This document shows positions 53,066 through 64,000 of a stretch of DNA of 64,000 nt, piece by piece. Made by a program: the position numbers and the translations under genes. Positions within the stretch are counted from its first letter, which is position 1, and every line of letters starts with the position of its first letter. The notes below the pieces were generated by a model that worked only from the letters and a program-made list of their open reading frames with translations, did no database searches and was not told where the DNA came from. The stretch comes from Eledone cirrhosa (Eukaryota), in NCBI GenBank assembly GCA_964016885.1, contig OZ024740.1, positions 396,490,001 through 396,554,000 on the forward strand, in the 5' to 3' direction.

Positions 53066-53075
53066 AACATCAAAC

Positions 53076-53272
53076 AAGGGTCAGCTGAAAAGTTTGTTGG
53101 CTGACCAAGATACCCACGTGGAATGTTCGAATGAGGTTTATTTTTCAACATAGTTCATAGAAAGAAACAACGCAGTTATTAATAAGAAGAGTTGAAATTA
53201 ATGCATACAAGATTTCACAGCACTAGCATCAGTCCATCATAGTTATCCTATGAACTTTTCTGCTGACCCTTG
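53076..53272. mobile_element. Mariner-derived MITE related to 20990-21525
   Basis: TIRs caagggtcagctgaaaagtt / aacttttctgctgacccttg. Internal ttttcaacatagt and gaagagttgaaattaatgca are shared with the mariner relic. Confidence 0.75.
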
Positions 53273-54490
53273 TATATCTATAATGTTAGTTGGTAGAATT
53301 AGAAAGCCAATGATGGATTGTCTTGCTATGAATGAGGCAATTTATGTTGTGAGACTACCAGTGTAAAAATACTTTTTTTTATACTTCTAGCCTCATACTC
53401 TCAACAAGTTGAGCTTGTGATCTTGTTTTGATTCTTATTTGAAGTCAATTCCCTATACTTATACTGCACATGCTCTTGAGAAAGGAACAGATAGCACACA
53501 ATCTCATTACCTTATTTTATAAATTTACATTTTTTCTCCTAGAATGCTACATGTTGTTGTATTGTTACATATTACACTGTCATCTTTTGAGTTTTTATTT
53601 ATTCTACATTTTGCTTGACAATCACTATGCATATCATATTTCTACATATGTCATCTCTTTAGGTTTACATTGAAATGATCAAACCTTTATTGTAAATTAC
53701 AGGGTTTGACAGTTTGCTCGTGAATATTGTTGCAAAATTTCATCAAAATAATTTACAAAAATAAAGATTGCTAAATGAATTCCTTGTATACCAATAAAAA
53801 TGAGGCCAATAATAGCCTTCACTTCTTCTTACTAATTTAAACTTGACACTCTTTCATTACAATTTTCTCAATTAATCATTTAAATGTATAATTAAAGTTT
53901 AAAGCAATTCTTTTTTTTTTGTAAAGAACATTTCAAATTTTATCTCTCACAACTTTCTAAGAAATAAAACTTTCCCTTTCACTGGATCTTAGATTGCGAA
54001 ATTGGGATACGTAGGTGAGTTTGAATTATCATTACAGGTGAATGTTTGGAGAGGAAAAATGAGTATGTAAGACGTTTGAAAGAGAGAAAGTTGTGGGGAA
54101 GAAGGCATTAATAATATGGTTCACAACTTCTGCAGCTATTGTGGTAACAGCAAATGAGATGGAAAAAAACCAAAAAACATTCAGCTTCGCAGTGGATCAA
54201 TGGCTGTAGAGTGTTGGATATTGAAAGGTTTATTTATGAAACTGCCTGAATTCTTAGAAATGTTATCTGGAAACTTTGAAGCTAAATATGTAGTTACCAT
54301 TTTAAAGTCAATAGGGAATTTGTTGAAGAAATTTTGCCTGTTACATTGTGCAGAAAAAGCAACTCTAGAGAAATTTTCTCATTGCTTTGTGGTGCTGATG
54401 CTGATGATGATTATGAGGTTGACAGTGGTGGTGGTGATGATGTTGATGATGATGATGATTACTATTTGTTTCTCTTCCTTAACTACAAAG

Positions 54491-54612
54491 TTATTCATTT
54501 AACAAATGTTGCAATCCAGAAGACTGCTCCAGATTATAATCCAGAGAAAGGCTGCAAGTGGTCATGCCAAGATCTCAGACAGTACCTTTATGCGAAACAT
54601 GGATTAGCAGTA
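54491..54612 (+). CDS. TTLL9: TTLL9 exon ([23 protein letters not shown]...KHGLAV)
   Basis: HLTNVA.QKT.PDY.P.KGCKW motif. Confidence 0.95.
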
Positions 54613-55528
54613 GTGAGTATTCCACACATTATTTAAATTGCATGCCTTGCACACTGGGATTTATGTACATATCCTGCATTAATCACAACTTGCTTCATCA
54701 ACTTGCTTCACATCATTGGTGCTATCAAGATATATAACTTACTCTATGATCAGCAACTGAGAAAAACTAATGTTGCTGACAATTTAACACCACCATGTGA
54801 CTCAAACCAGCCAATGAAAGCCCTTTATAACATGCTTTACAACCACATCTCCATTGTTTATCACTTATTGAGAATGCATCTGAAGAGTTAGATGTATTTA
54901 AATTATATGTCTTGTTATAAGTCACTTAAGTTTATCAAAACATAAAGTATAATCTCTATATATTTGGCTGCCAGACAACACCAGGCAGCACTGCTAGCAC
55001 ACACACATACATATATGCTAATTACCTACTAATTACTGACTGCTCTAAATTTGTTAAGCTTACCCTAATATCCTAACAGCCCTTTAAACCATTCCAGAGC
55101 AGTGGATTGTGGGATTGTTACAGTGTTGGGTAAGACACCTTAGAGTATTTGTTCTGGCCCTTTGTGTTCTCAGTTCAAATCTTGCTATGGCTCACTTGGG
55201 TGGTAGACTTACATTGTAACCCAGTTTAGCACCATCACTTGGTACTTATGTGCTTTTAGCAAGGGCCACTCTAATACAAGAATTCTGGGCAAGGGCTCCA
55301 GTTTGAAAATACCTTCTAAATTCTCTCAGTTTGAGGATACCTTCTGAAACCTCTCCCTCCTTAGCACCAGTCTTAGAAGCCTTGAAAAGGGACATGGGTA
55401 CTGCCTTTCTCTCCCTAACTAAAAAAAAAGAGCAAAACAAGCAAACAAACAAACAAAAACAGATTACCTGTATCTCTTTTCTTCTAAACTATCAATAATA
55501 ATATAGCTGTGAAATGGTTTTTCTGCAG

Positions 55529-55662
55529 GTAGCAGACATATTTCTACAAATTGATTACACCATTATCAAAAGTCTGCAGAGTGTACAGAAAGTAATTATC
55601 AATGACAGACACTGTTTTGAAGTTCTGGGATATGACATTTTACTTGATGAGCAAATGAAAGT
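55529..55662 (+). CDS. TTLL9: TTLL9 exon (VADIF...[31 protein letters not shown]), gene continues beyond window
   Basis: HCFE..GYDIL.D motif, ctgcag/gtgagt boundaries. The expected next exon (WLLEVNASPS-like) was not found in the window. Confidence 0.95.
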
Positions 55663-55940
55663 GTGAGTTGAAACAGCTTTCTTTTCTTTACTCTACTCCC
55701 AATTTTTATATATATATGTATATACATACATACATACATACATATATACACACACTAACACACACACATATATATATATATATACATACATATATATATG
55801 CATGCATACACACATATATATATATGTATATACATACATACATACATACACACATACACACACTAACACACACACATATATATATATATATACATATATA
55901 TATGCATGCATACACATATATATATATATATATATATGTA

Positions 55941-56897
55941 TGTGGTGGAGGGTGTTCTGAAAGTACAGTAGCCAGAGTCAGAACGGGATGGAAAAAGTTC
56001 AGAGAGCTTATACCGTTGTTGGCCGCAAAAGGTTTCTCTCTAAAAATGAAAAGCAGATTGTATGATGTCTGTATACGAACAGCAATGTTACATGGCAGTG
56101 AGACATGGGCATTACGTGCAGAGGACCTGCGCAGACTGGAAAGGAACGAAGCATGCATGCTCCGTTGGATGAGTAATAGTAATATACGTGAACGGCAAAG
56201 CATAAATGAACTAAGTGAGAAATTAGGAATAAGAGGGATCAGATGCTGTTTACTTGAGAGAAGACTACGTTGGTATGGTCACGTGATGCGCATGAAAGAC
56301 GACAGCTGCATAAAAAAGTGCAGGGCGATCAAAATTGATGGTAGTTACGGAGTAGGTAGACCCAGAAAAACCTGGGACGATCTGATAAATTCCGACCTTA
56401 CACACTTGCACATCTCTAAGACAATGTCACTGGACTAAGATCTTTGGCGCTATGCAGTAATACAGAAGACCCGCACTGCCTATGTACAAAGCGAAACCTA
56501 CAGTCAGTAGGCACCTCTTAACCAAAATACACCCAAATCCAATACCCCTACCCTATCATCCCACTCCCACCAACACCACCCCCTCTCTGTAAAGTTGGTA
56601 CCACAACATCTAGTCCAAATAAATGAGATTATGAGATCGAGATCGTGTAGGTGTCACGACAAAAAAACACACACTCCACGCTGTAATGTGGCCGTGTAGG
56701 TAACACGGTAAAAGGTTCCCAGTTCCACACTGTAAATGTGGTTGGTGTTAGGAAGGGCATCCAGCCATAGAAAACCTGCCAGATAGTCCTATATGAGCGA
56801 GACACACTCACCCGACCTACCTTGCCTCAAGTGAGACAACTCCCATCTAACCCATGCTAGCATGGAAGATGGACATTAAACGATGATGATGATGATA
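55941..56897 (+). mobile_element. RTE family B-related 3' fragment
   Basis: [16 protein letters not shown]..., 3' UTR and (GAT)n. Confidence 0.92.
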
Positions 56898-56907
56898 TAT
56901 ATATATG

Positions 56908-56942
<35 letters not shown>

Positions 56943-56944
<2 letters not shown>

Positions 56945-57306
56945 AGGCACATGGCTTATTGAAGCACTTGACTTATTGAGGCACATGGCTTATGGAGGCA
57001 CTTGCAATTGAAATGTTGTGAGTTCAATTCTCAGACCGGGTGATGTGTTGTTTCCTTGAGCAAGACACTTTATTTCACATTGCTCCAGTTTACTCAGCTG
57101 TAGAAATGAGATGATAGGGACTGGGGTCCCTATTATTCTACTGCAAAGTGGTCGTGGAAGTGCCACGGCAAAAAAGCACCCAGCACTCACTGTAAATGAG
57201 GTTGGTGTTAGGAAGAGCATCCAGCTGTAGAAATCAAGCCAGAATCAGTTCCTGTCCCACCCTTGCAAGCAGGGAAAAGCTGACGTAAAATGATGATGAT
57301 GATGAT
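56943..57306 (+). mobile_element. SINE family 2 (tRNA-like head, ccttgagcaagacactt central domain, RTE-A-derived tail)
   Basis: B box gagttcaattct. The 3' part matches the RTE-A 3' UTR and ends in (GAT)n. Confidence 0.85.
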
Positions 57307-57347
57307 ACACATACATATATATGTATATATATACACATACATACATA

Positions 57348-57400
<53 letters not shown>

Positions 57401-57424
57401 ATACATATATATGTATATATATAT

Positions 57425-57784
57425 AACAAAAATACACCTTCCGTCCCACTACCCCCACACCACCCCTTTCAATGTAAAGTTATGTTGGTACCACAACATA
57501 CAGTCCGAAACAAATGAGGTTGTGTAGGTGTCACGACAAAAAAACACACAGTCCACGCTGTAATGTGGCCGTGTAGGTAACACGGTAAAAACCTCCCAGT
57601 CCACACTGTAAACGTGGTTGGTGTTAGGAAGGGCATCCAGTCGTAGAAAACCCGCCAGACAGTCCTATACGAGCAAGACAACCAATCTTGCCTCAAGTGG
57701 GAAAATTCCCGTCCAAACCCATGCTAGCGTGGAAGATGAACGTTAAACGATGTTGATGATGTTGATGATGATGATTATGATGAT
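57425..57784 (+). mobile_element. RTE family B 3' UTR fragment
   Basis: Similar to 13020-13376. Confidence 0.88.
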
Positions 57785-57838
57785 ATATATATATATATAT
57801 AAAAATAAATATATATACACACATACATACATATGTAT

Positions 57839-57869
<31 letters not shown>

Positions 57870-57890
57870 CACATACATACATATATATGT

Positions 57891-58572
57891 ATCATCATCA
57901 TCATATTCGTTTAATGTCCATCTTCCACGCTAGCATGGGCTAGACGGGAGTTGTCTCACTTGAGGCAAGGTGGGTTGGGTGACTATCTGGCAGGTTTTCT
58001 ATAGCTGGATGCCCTTCCTAACACCAACCACATTTACAGTGTGGAACTGGGAACCTTTTACCGTGTTACCTACATGGCCACATTACAGCGTGGACTGTGT
58101 TTTTTTGTCGTGACACCTACACGATCTCGATCTCATAATCTCATTTATTTGGACTGGATGATGTGGTACCAACTTTACAGGGAGAGGATGGTGTTGGTGG
58201 GAGTGGGAGGATAGGGTAGGAGTAGTGGATTGGGGTGTATATTTGGTTAAGAGGTGCCTACTGACTAGGTTTCGCTTTGTACATAGGCAAGGTGGGTCTT
58301 CTGTATTACTGCATAGCGCCAAAGATCTCGGTCCAGTGACATTGTCTTAGAGAGGTGTAAGTGTGTAAGGTCGGAATTTATCAGATCGTCTCAGGTTTTT
58401 CTGGGTCTACCTACTCCGTAACTACCATCAATTTTGATCGCCCTGCACTTTTTTATACAGCTGTCGTCTTTCATGCACATCACGTGGCCATACCAACGTA
58501 GTCTTCTCTCAAGTAAACAGCATCTGATCCCTCTTATTCCTAATTTCTCACTTAGTTCATTTATGCTTTGCT
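57891..58572 (-). mobile_element. RTE family B-related 3' fragment
   Basis: Reverse complement of ~56195-56897. Confidence 0.9.
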
Positions 58573-58610
58573 TTGTATATATATATATATACACATACAT
58601 ACATATATAT

Positions 58611-59293
58611 ATGGTGGAAGACTTACGTAGATTAGAAAAAAACGAAGCCTGCATGCTCCGATGGATGTGTAATAGTAATATACGTGAACGACAAAGCATA
58701 AATGAATTGAGAGAGAGACTGAGCATAAGAGGAATCAAATGCTGTGTGCAGGAGAGGCGGTTGCGTTGGTATGGACATGTGATGCGTATGAAGGATGACA
58801 GCTGCATAAAAAGGTGCAGAGCCCTAGAAGTCAATGGAAACCGCGGAGTTGGGAGACCCAAGAAAACCTGGGATAAGGTGATAAAAGCCGACCTTACCCA
58901 ATTACACCTCTCAAAGGCGATGACACACGACCGTGACCTCTGGCGTCACGCAGTAATACAGAGTACCCGACCTCCTCTGGGTACAAGCTGAAGCATATAG
59001 ACAATATGCCCCCACACTCTCCCACTGCAAGGTGGTCGTGGAGGTGCCACGGCAAAAAAGCACCCAGCCCACACTGTAAAGTGGATGTGTAGGTGCCACG
59101 GAAAAAGCACCCAGCACTCACTGTAAATGAGGTTGGTGTTAGGAAGGGCATCCAGCTGTAGAAATCAAGCCAAAATCAGTTCCTGTATGAGCAAGGCATG
59201 GTCAGCCGACCAGACACTGCCCACAACAGGACAACCCATCTAACCCATGCTAGCATGGAAGAACGGACGTAAAATGGTGATGATGATGATGAT
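58611..59293 (+). mobile_element. RTE family A 3' fragment
   Basis: VEDLRRLEKNE...RPPLGTS, 3' UTR and (GAT)n. Confidence 0.92.
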
Positions 59294-60270
59294 ATATATA
59301 TAAGAAGAAATTAAAAGATGGTTAAAAAAATTCCATATATTTTATTATGCGCATTTCAAAAACAAATATCATCCTGGGACGATAGTTGCGTTCTCATCAG
59401 ATAAAATAAGGTAACATGATATGATGCCTAAAAAAAAAACATTTGTGAACAAGAAAGTGTCCAGTCAACATATAATAAAAAAAATATAAAAGGAGAGAGA
59501 AGATTAGAAAAGAGAAGGAAGAGGGAAAAGGAAAAAGATGGAGAAGATAATGGAGGAAAAATTGAAGAAGGAAGGAGGAGAGAGAAAGAGAAAGGAGAGA
59601 GATAGAGACTTTTAAACGGGGAAACGCTGTCAAAAATGAAAAACAGCTGTGAATAACAGCTACGAAATAAATAAATTAATAAATTGATGAGGTTTATGAT
59701 TACAGATATAGAAACTAGGTATATTATTTATTTAGGGTTTATATATCTGTAATCATAAACCTCAGCAATCATAAACCTCATCAATTTATTAAATTTATTT
59801 CGTAGCTGTATATATTTTTTCAGCCGTTATTCACAGCTGTTTTTCATTTTTGACAGCGTTTCCGTTTAAAAGTCTCTATCTCTCTCCTTTCTCTTTCTCT
59901 CTCCTCTTTGCTTCTTAAATTTTTCCTCCATTATCTTCTCCTCCTTTTTCCTTTTCCCTCTTCCTTCTCTTTTCCAATCTTCTCTCTCCTTTTATATTTT
60001 TTTTATTATATTTTGACTGGACACTTTCTTATTCACAATGTGTTTTTTTTAGGCATCATATCATGTTACCTTATTTTATCTGATGAGAACGCAACTATCG
60101 TCCCAGGATGATATTTGTTTTTGTAATGCGCATAATAAAATATATGGAACTTTTTTAACCATTTTTAATTTCTTCTTATATATACTCCAGTTCAATAAAC
60201 TGTTGAGTGCTACTTATCTGATATATATGCATAGTTTTATTGTTCTACAATAAAACTCACCTCCTACATA
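59292..60270 (+). mobile_element. Fold-back Penelope-type cassette, ~430-bp arms (59292-59716 / 59736-60184) plus tail, hammerheads at 59338-59408 (-) and 60072-60142 (+)
   Basis: tattttat-CTGATGA-gaac...gttttt-GAAA-TGCGCA-TA-ataaaata. The plus copy has GAAA>GTAA. Confidence 0.82.
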
Positions 60271-60626
60271 TCATCATCATCACTGTTTTATGTCCGTTCT
60301 TCCACGCTATCACACAAAGCCATAACACAGTTCAAATCATCATTTTCATTGTTATTCTTGTTGTTTAGCCCTGATCAGCCCTATTTCAGTAGACCTATAA
60401 CCAAAGGTGTTGCAAACAGGATTCTCCTGTTTTTTGTATATGATGAACTATGTTATTCAATAGTTTCTTCTCTTTTTAAGACAATAGGACATGATTGATT
60501 TGAGGGAAATTTAACTGTTATTTGTTGTCTTTGTTGACTCATCCTTGTATTAGAAGTATATAGAGTATATTGAATGTATATGTAGTAACCATGATTAATA
60601 TCTGTCTAGTGTATGTGTATGGGTTC

Positions 60627-62168
60627 ATCATTTCATCATCACTGTTTTACGTCCATTCTTCCACGCTAGCATGGGTTAGACAAGTTGTCCTGTTGTGAGC
60701 AGTGTCTGGTTGGCTGACCATGCCTTGCTCATACAGGAACTGATTCTGGCTTGATTTCTACAGCTGGATGCCCTTCCTAACACCAACCTCATTTACAGTG
60801 AGTGCTGGGTGCTTTTTCGTGGCGCCTACACGTCCACTTTACAGTGTGGGCTGGGTGCTTTTTTGCCGTGGCACCTCCACGACCACCTTGCAGTGGGAGG
60901 GTGTGGGGGCATATTGTCTATATGCTTCAGCTTGTACCCATGGGAGGTCGGGTACTCTGTATTACTGCGTGACGCCAGAGGTCACGGTCGTGTGTCATCG
61001 CCTTTGAGAGGTGTAATTGGGTAAGGTCGGCTTTTATCACCTCATCCCAGGTCATCTGCAGTTTCCATCGACTTCTAGTGCTCTGCACCTTTTTATGCAG
61101 CTGTCATCCTTCATACGAATCACATGTCCATACCAACACAACCTCCTCTCCTGCACACAGCATTTGATTCCTCTTATGCTCAGTCTCTCTCTCAATTCAT
61201 TTATGCTTTGTCGTTCACGTATATTACTGTTACACATCCATCGGAGCATTACAGGCTTCGTTTCTCTCTAATCTACGTAAGTCTTCCACCTTCAGCGCCC
61301 AGGTCTCACTACCATGCAGCATCGCTGTTCGGATACACGCATCATACAGTCTGCCTTTCATTTTGAGGGAGAAGCCTTTTGCAGCTAGCAGTGGTAGTAG
61401 TTCCCTGAACTTCTTCCATCCCGTTCTTACCCTAGTTATTGTACTTTCTGAACACCCACCTCCGCTGCTAATTCGGTCACCTAGGTAGCAGAAGCTGTCT
61501 ACTGTCTCTACAGAGCCCTCCCAGAGATTGGTGGTACTTGTTTCCTGTGGCTGTTTGCTGCTTGCTGTCCCAGTACAGCTGCTGCATGTAAAGCCTACAT
61601 TCTTAATTAAGCTTCCTGAGATCCCGCTACATCTCTTGTGTACCCATTGTTTGCATTTGGGGCAGAGAATGGAGTTCCTACCTACACCTTTCCTACATGC
61701 TGAGCAAGGCCATTTCCCTGAGGGGATCTGGGTTCTGTTTTCTCGTCTACTTACAAGGACCTTAGTCTTTGTCATGTTGACTTTGAGACCCTTTCTTTCT
61801 AGTCCCTGCTTCCAAGTTTGGAATTTATTCTCTAGTTCTACCATAGATTCAGCTATAAGTGCGAGGGTATCAGCATACAGGAGTTCCCATGGGCATCCAG
61901 TCTTAAACTCCTCCGTTATTGCCTGCAGGACTATGATGAAGAGGAGAGGGCTAAGAACAGAGCCCTGGTGGACCCCAACCTGTACGCTAAATTCCTCGCT
62001 ATACTCATTGCTAATCCTAACTTTGCTGATTGCTCCCCTATACATGGCTTGTACAGCTTTCACAAGCCATTCATCTACTCCTAGTTTTCTAAGAGCCCAC
62101 CAGATTACAGCACGTGGAACTCTGTCAAAGGCTTTCTCGAGATTGACGCATGCCAGGTAGAGTGGCAA
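60627..62168 (-). mobile_element. RTE family A, 5'-truncated
   Basis: RT/PHD ORF 61230-62170, 3' UTR and (CAT)n. Confidence 0.94.
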
Positions 62169-62348
62169 CATATATATATATACACATACATACATATATA
62201 TATATACACATACATACATATATATATATCTATATCAGTCCTATATGAGTGAGACATGGTCACCCGACCCAACTTGCCTCAAATGGCACAAACCTGTCTA
62301 ACCCATGCTAATGTGGAAGATAGACATTAAATGACGATGATGATATAG

Positions 62349-62692
62349 CATCATCATCACCATTTAATGTCCATTTTTTACACTAGCATGGGTCAGACGA
62401 GCTGTCCCATTGTGAGACAAACCAAGTCTTTTTGGTCATACAGAACTGATTTTGGCTTGGTTTCTATGGCTGGATGCCCTTCCTAATGCGAACCACATTT
62501 ACAGTGTGTACTTGGTACTTTTTATCATGACACCCAAATGATCACTTTATAGTGTGGACTGGACACTTTTTATCATGACACCCATATGACCACTTTACAG
62601 TGTGGACTGGGTGCTTTTGTCGTGACACGCACATGACCACTTTACTGTGTGGGCTTGGTACTTCTTGTTGTGTCACCAACACGACCACCTTA
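62349..62692 (-). mobile_element. RTE-type 3' UTR with four ~41-bp tandem units
   Basis: (CAT)n, tggatgcccttcctaa and repeated cactttacagtgtggactgg. Confidence 0.85.
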
Positions 62693-64000
62693 CGAAAAAG
62701 AAGACAATTGACATAGATGATAACTGGAATTTCTTATGTGACAACTTACTGCAGGCTACTGAAGAAACTTGTGGCTGGAGCAGAGTTGTGACCTGGTGGT
62801 GGAACAGAATGGTAGATAGGGCCATTAGAGACAAAAGACTAGCATGGAATGCTTGGAAAAATGGTGGGAGTAGAGATGGGTACACAGCCACTAAGAGAGA
62901 AGCTAGACGTCAGGTGTACTTAGCACGCAGGGAGGCTGAGAGTAGGAGGTTTGCCAATGTTCTGCAACGGGAAGATCAGAGACGTGCAGTGTTCTGTATT
63001 GCAAGGCAGTGTGTCAGTGCAAATCAGGATGTTGTTGGAGGTAAGTGTGTGCGGAATGATGCTGGTGTACTTAGTGTCACGAATGATCAGAAAAAGGGGG
63101 CCTGGAAATGTCATAATGAGAGACTGATGAATGTGGAGAAGGAATGGGAGAGAGAAATTACCCCCCCCCCCTCCCAGTAGACCCGACAGAGGGACCAGCT
63201 ATTGAGATTGACGAATATAGGGTACAAGAGGCAATTAAGGAAATGAAAAATGGTAAGGCTGCTGGACTGTCAGGGATAGTTGCTGAGATGCTGAAGGCAT
63301 CAGGAGAGGTAGGCACTAAACTGGTTGCACGCATCATCAATCAAGCTATATATGGTGGTGTCATACCCAAAGACTGGTGCAGCAGTATTCTCATAAATTG
63401 CTACAAAGGTAAAGGGTCAATTTAGATGAGATGCAGTTTGGTTTTGTGCCTGGGAAGAGTATAACAGACGCCCTCTCCTTAGTGAGACAACTACAAGAGA
63501 GGTTCTTAGAGAAGAATAAGCCACTATACTTAGCTTTTGTTGACCTAGAGAAGGCTTTTGATAGGGTGCCCCGATCTGTCATCTGGTGGTCCCTAAGGAA
63601 ACTAGGTGTAGAGGAATGGCTTATGAGGACAGTGCAAGCTATGTACAGGGGTGCTGTCAGTAAAGTGAGAATAGGAATGGAGTTTAGTGAGGAATTTCAG
63701 ATACAAGTAGGAGTACATCAGGGTTCAGTCCTCAGCCCGCTCTTGTTCATTATAGTCCTCCAAGCCATAACAGAGGAGTTTAAGACTGGCTGCCCATGGG
63801 AACTTCTGTACGCTGACGATCTGGTTCTTATAGCAGAATCAGTAGAGGAGTTAGAGAAGAAATTCTGGCTATGGAAACAGCAGTTGGAATCAAGAGGACT
63901 GAGAGTGAATCTAGCTAAGACAAAAGTGTTGATAAATAGAAAAGAGGACAAAATTCTGATTCTATCAGGAAAATGGACATGTTCGATATGTAGAAAAGGA
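62693..64000 (+). mobile_element. RTE family C body (linker + RT), degenerate, runs off window
   Basis: TWWWN, GKAAG.SGIVAEML, QFGF, QGSVLSP and YADD, with frameshifts and a deletion. Confidence 0.92.

Larger units (their letters stand above)
52598..54490 (+). other. U12-type (minor spliceosome) GT-AG intron of TTLL9
   Basis: 5' GTATCCTTT at 52598, branch site TTCCTTAAC at 54475-54483 and AG at 54489-54490. The frame is preserved (DS-F-IHLTN). Confidence 0.9.

Noticed and set aside
54334-54490. Acidic N-terminal extension of the ORF containing the TTLL9 exon
   Set aside because: Intronic (GAT)n. The exon starts at 54491 after the U12 branch site.
62490-62692. CRISPR-like regularly spaced repeats
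   Set aside because: Eukaryotic LINE UTR tandem units with no unique spacers and no cas genes.

Overview
AT-rich, repeat-dense eukaryotic genomic DNA, most likely from an octopus or other coleoid cephalopod (inferred from the SINE, RTE and (TA)n landscape). The only host gene I can support is TTLL9 (tubulin polyglutamylase, + strand). Ten coding exons lie between 40195 and 55662, the gene continues past the window, and it contains a clear U12-type (minor spliceosome) GT-AG intron at 52598-54490. The rest is mobile DNA: many RTE-clade LINE copies in three related families whose ORF carries a PHD-type finger after the RT core, a second unrelated RTE with a 14-bp TSD, Penelope-like (RT + GIY-YIG) relics, a CRE-like RLE LINE relic, mariner relics, a CR1 tail and two tRNA-SINE families. 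The most interesting hidden layer is a set of about 12 loci carrying minimal type-I hammerhead ribozymes from many unrelated sequence families. Most sit in fold-back (palindromic) non-coding Penelope-type cassettes inserted into (TA)n tracts. They show palindromic stem III (dimer-type), repeated U3-A8 core covariation and a shared ACTC...GAGT tail hairpin just outside the inverted arm. All structure calls are by eye and none were computed.
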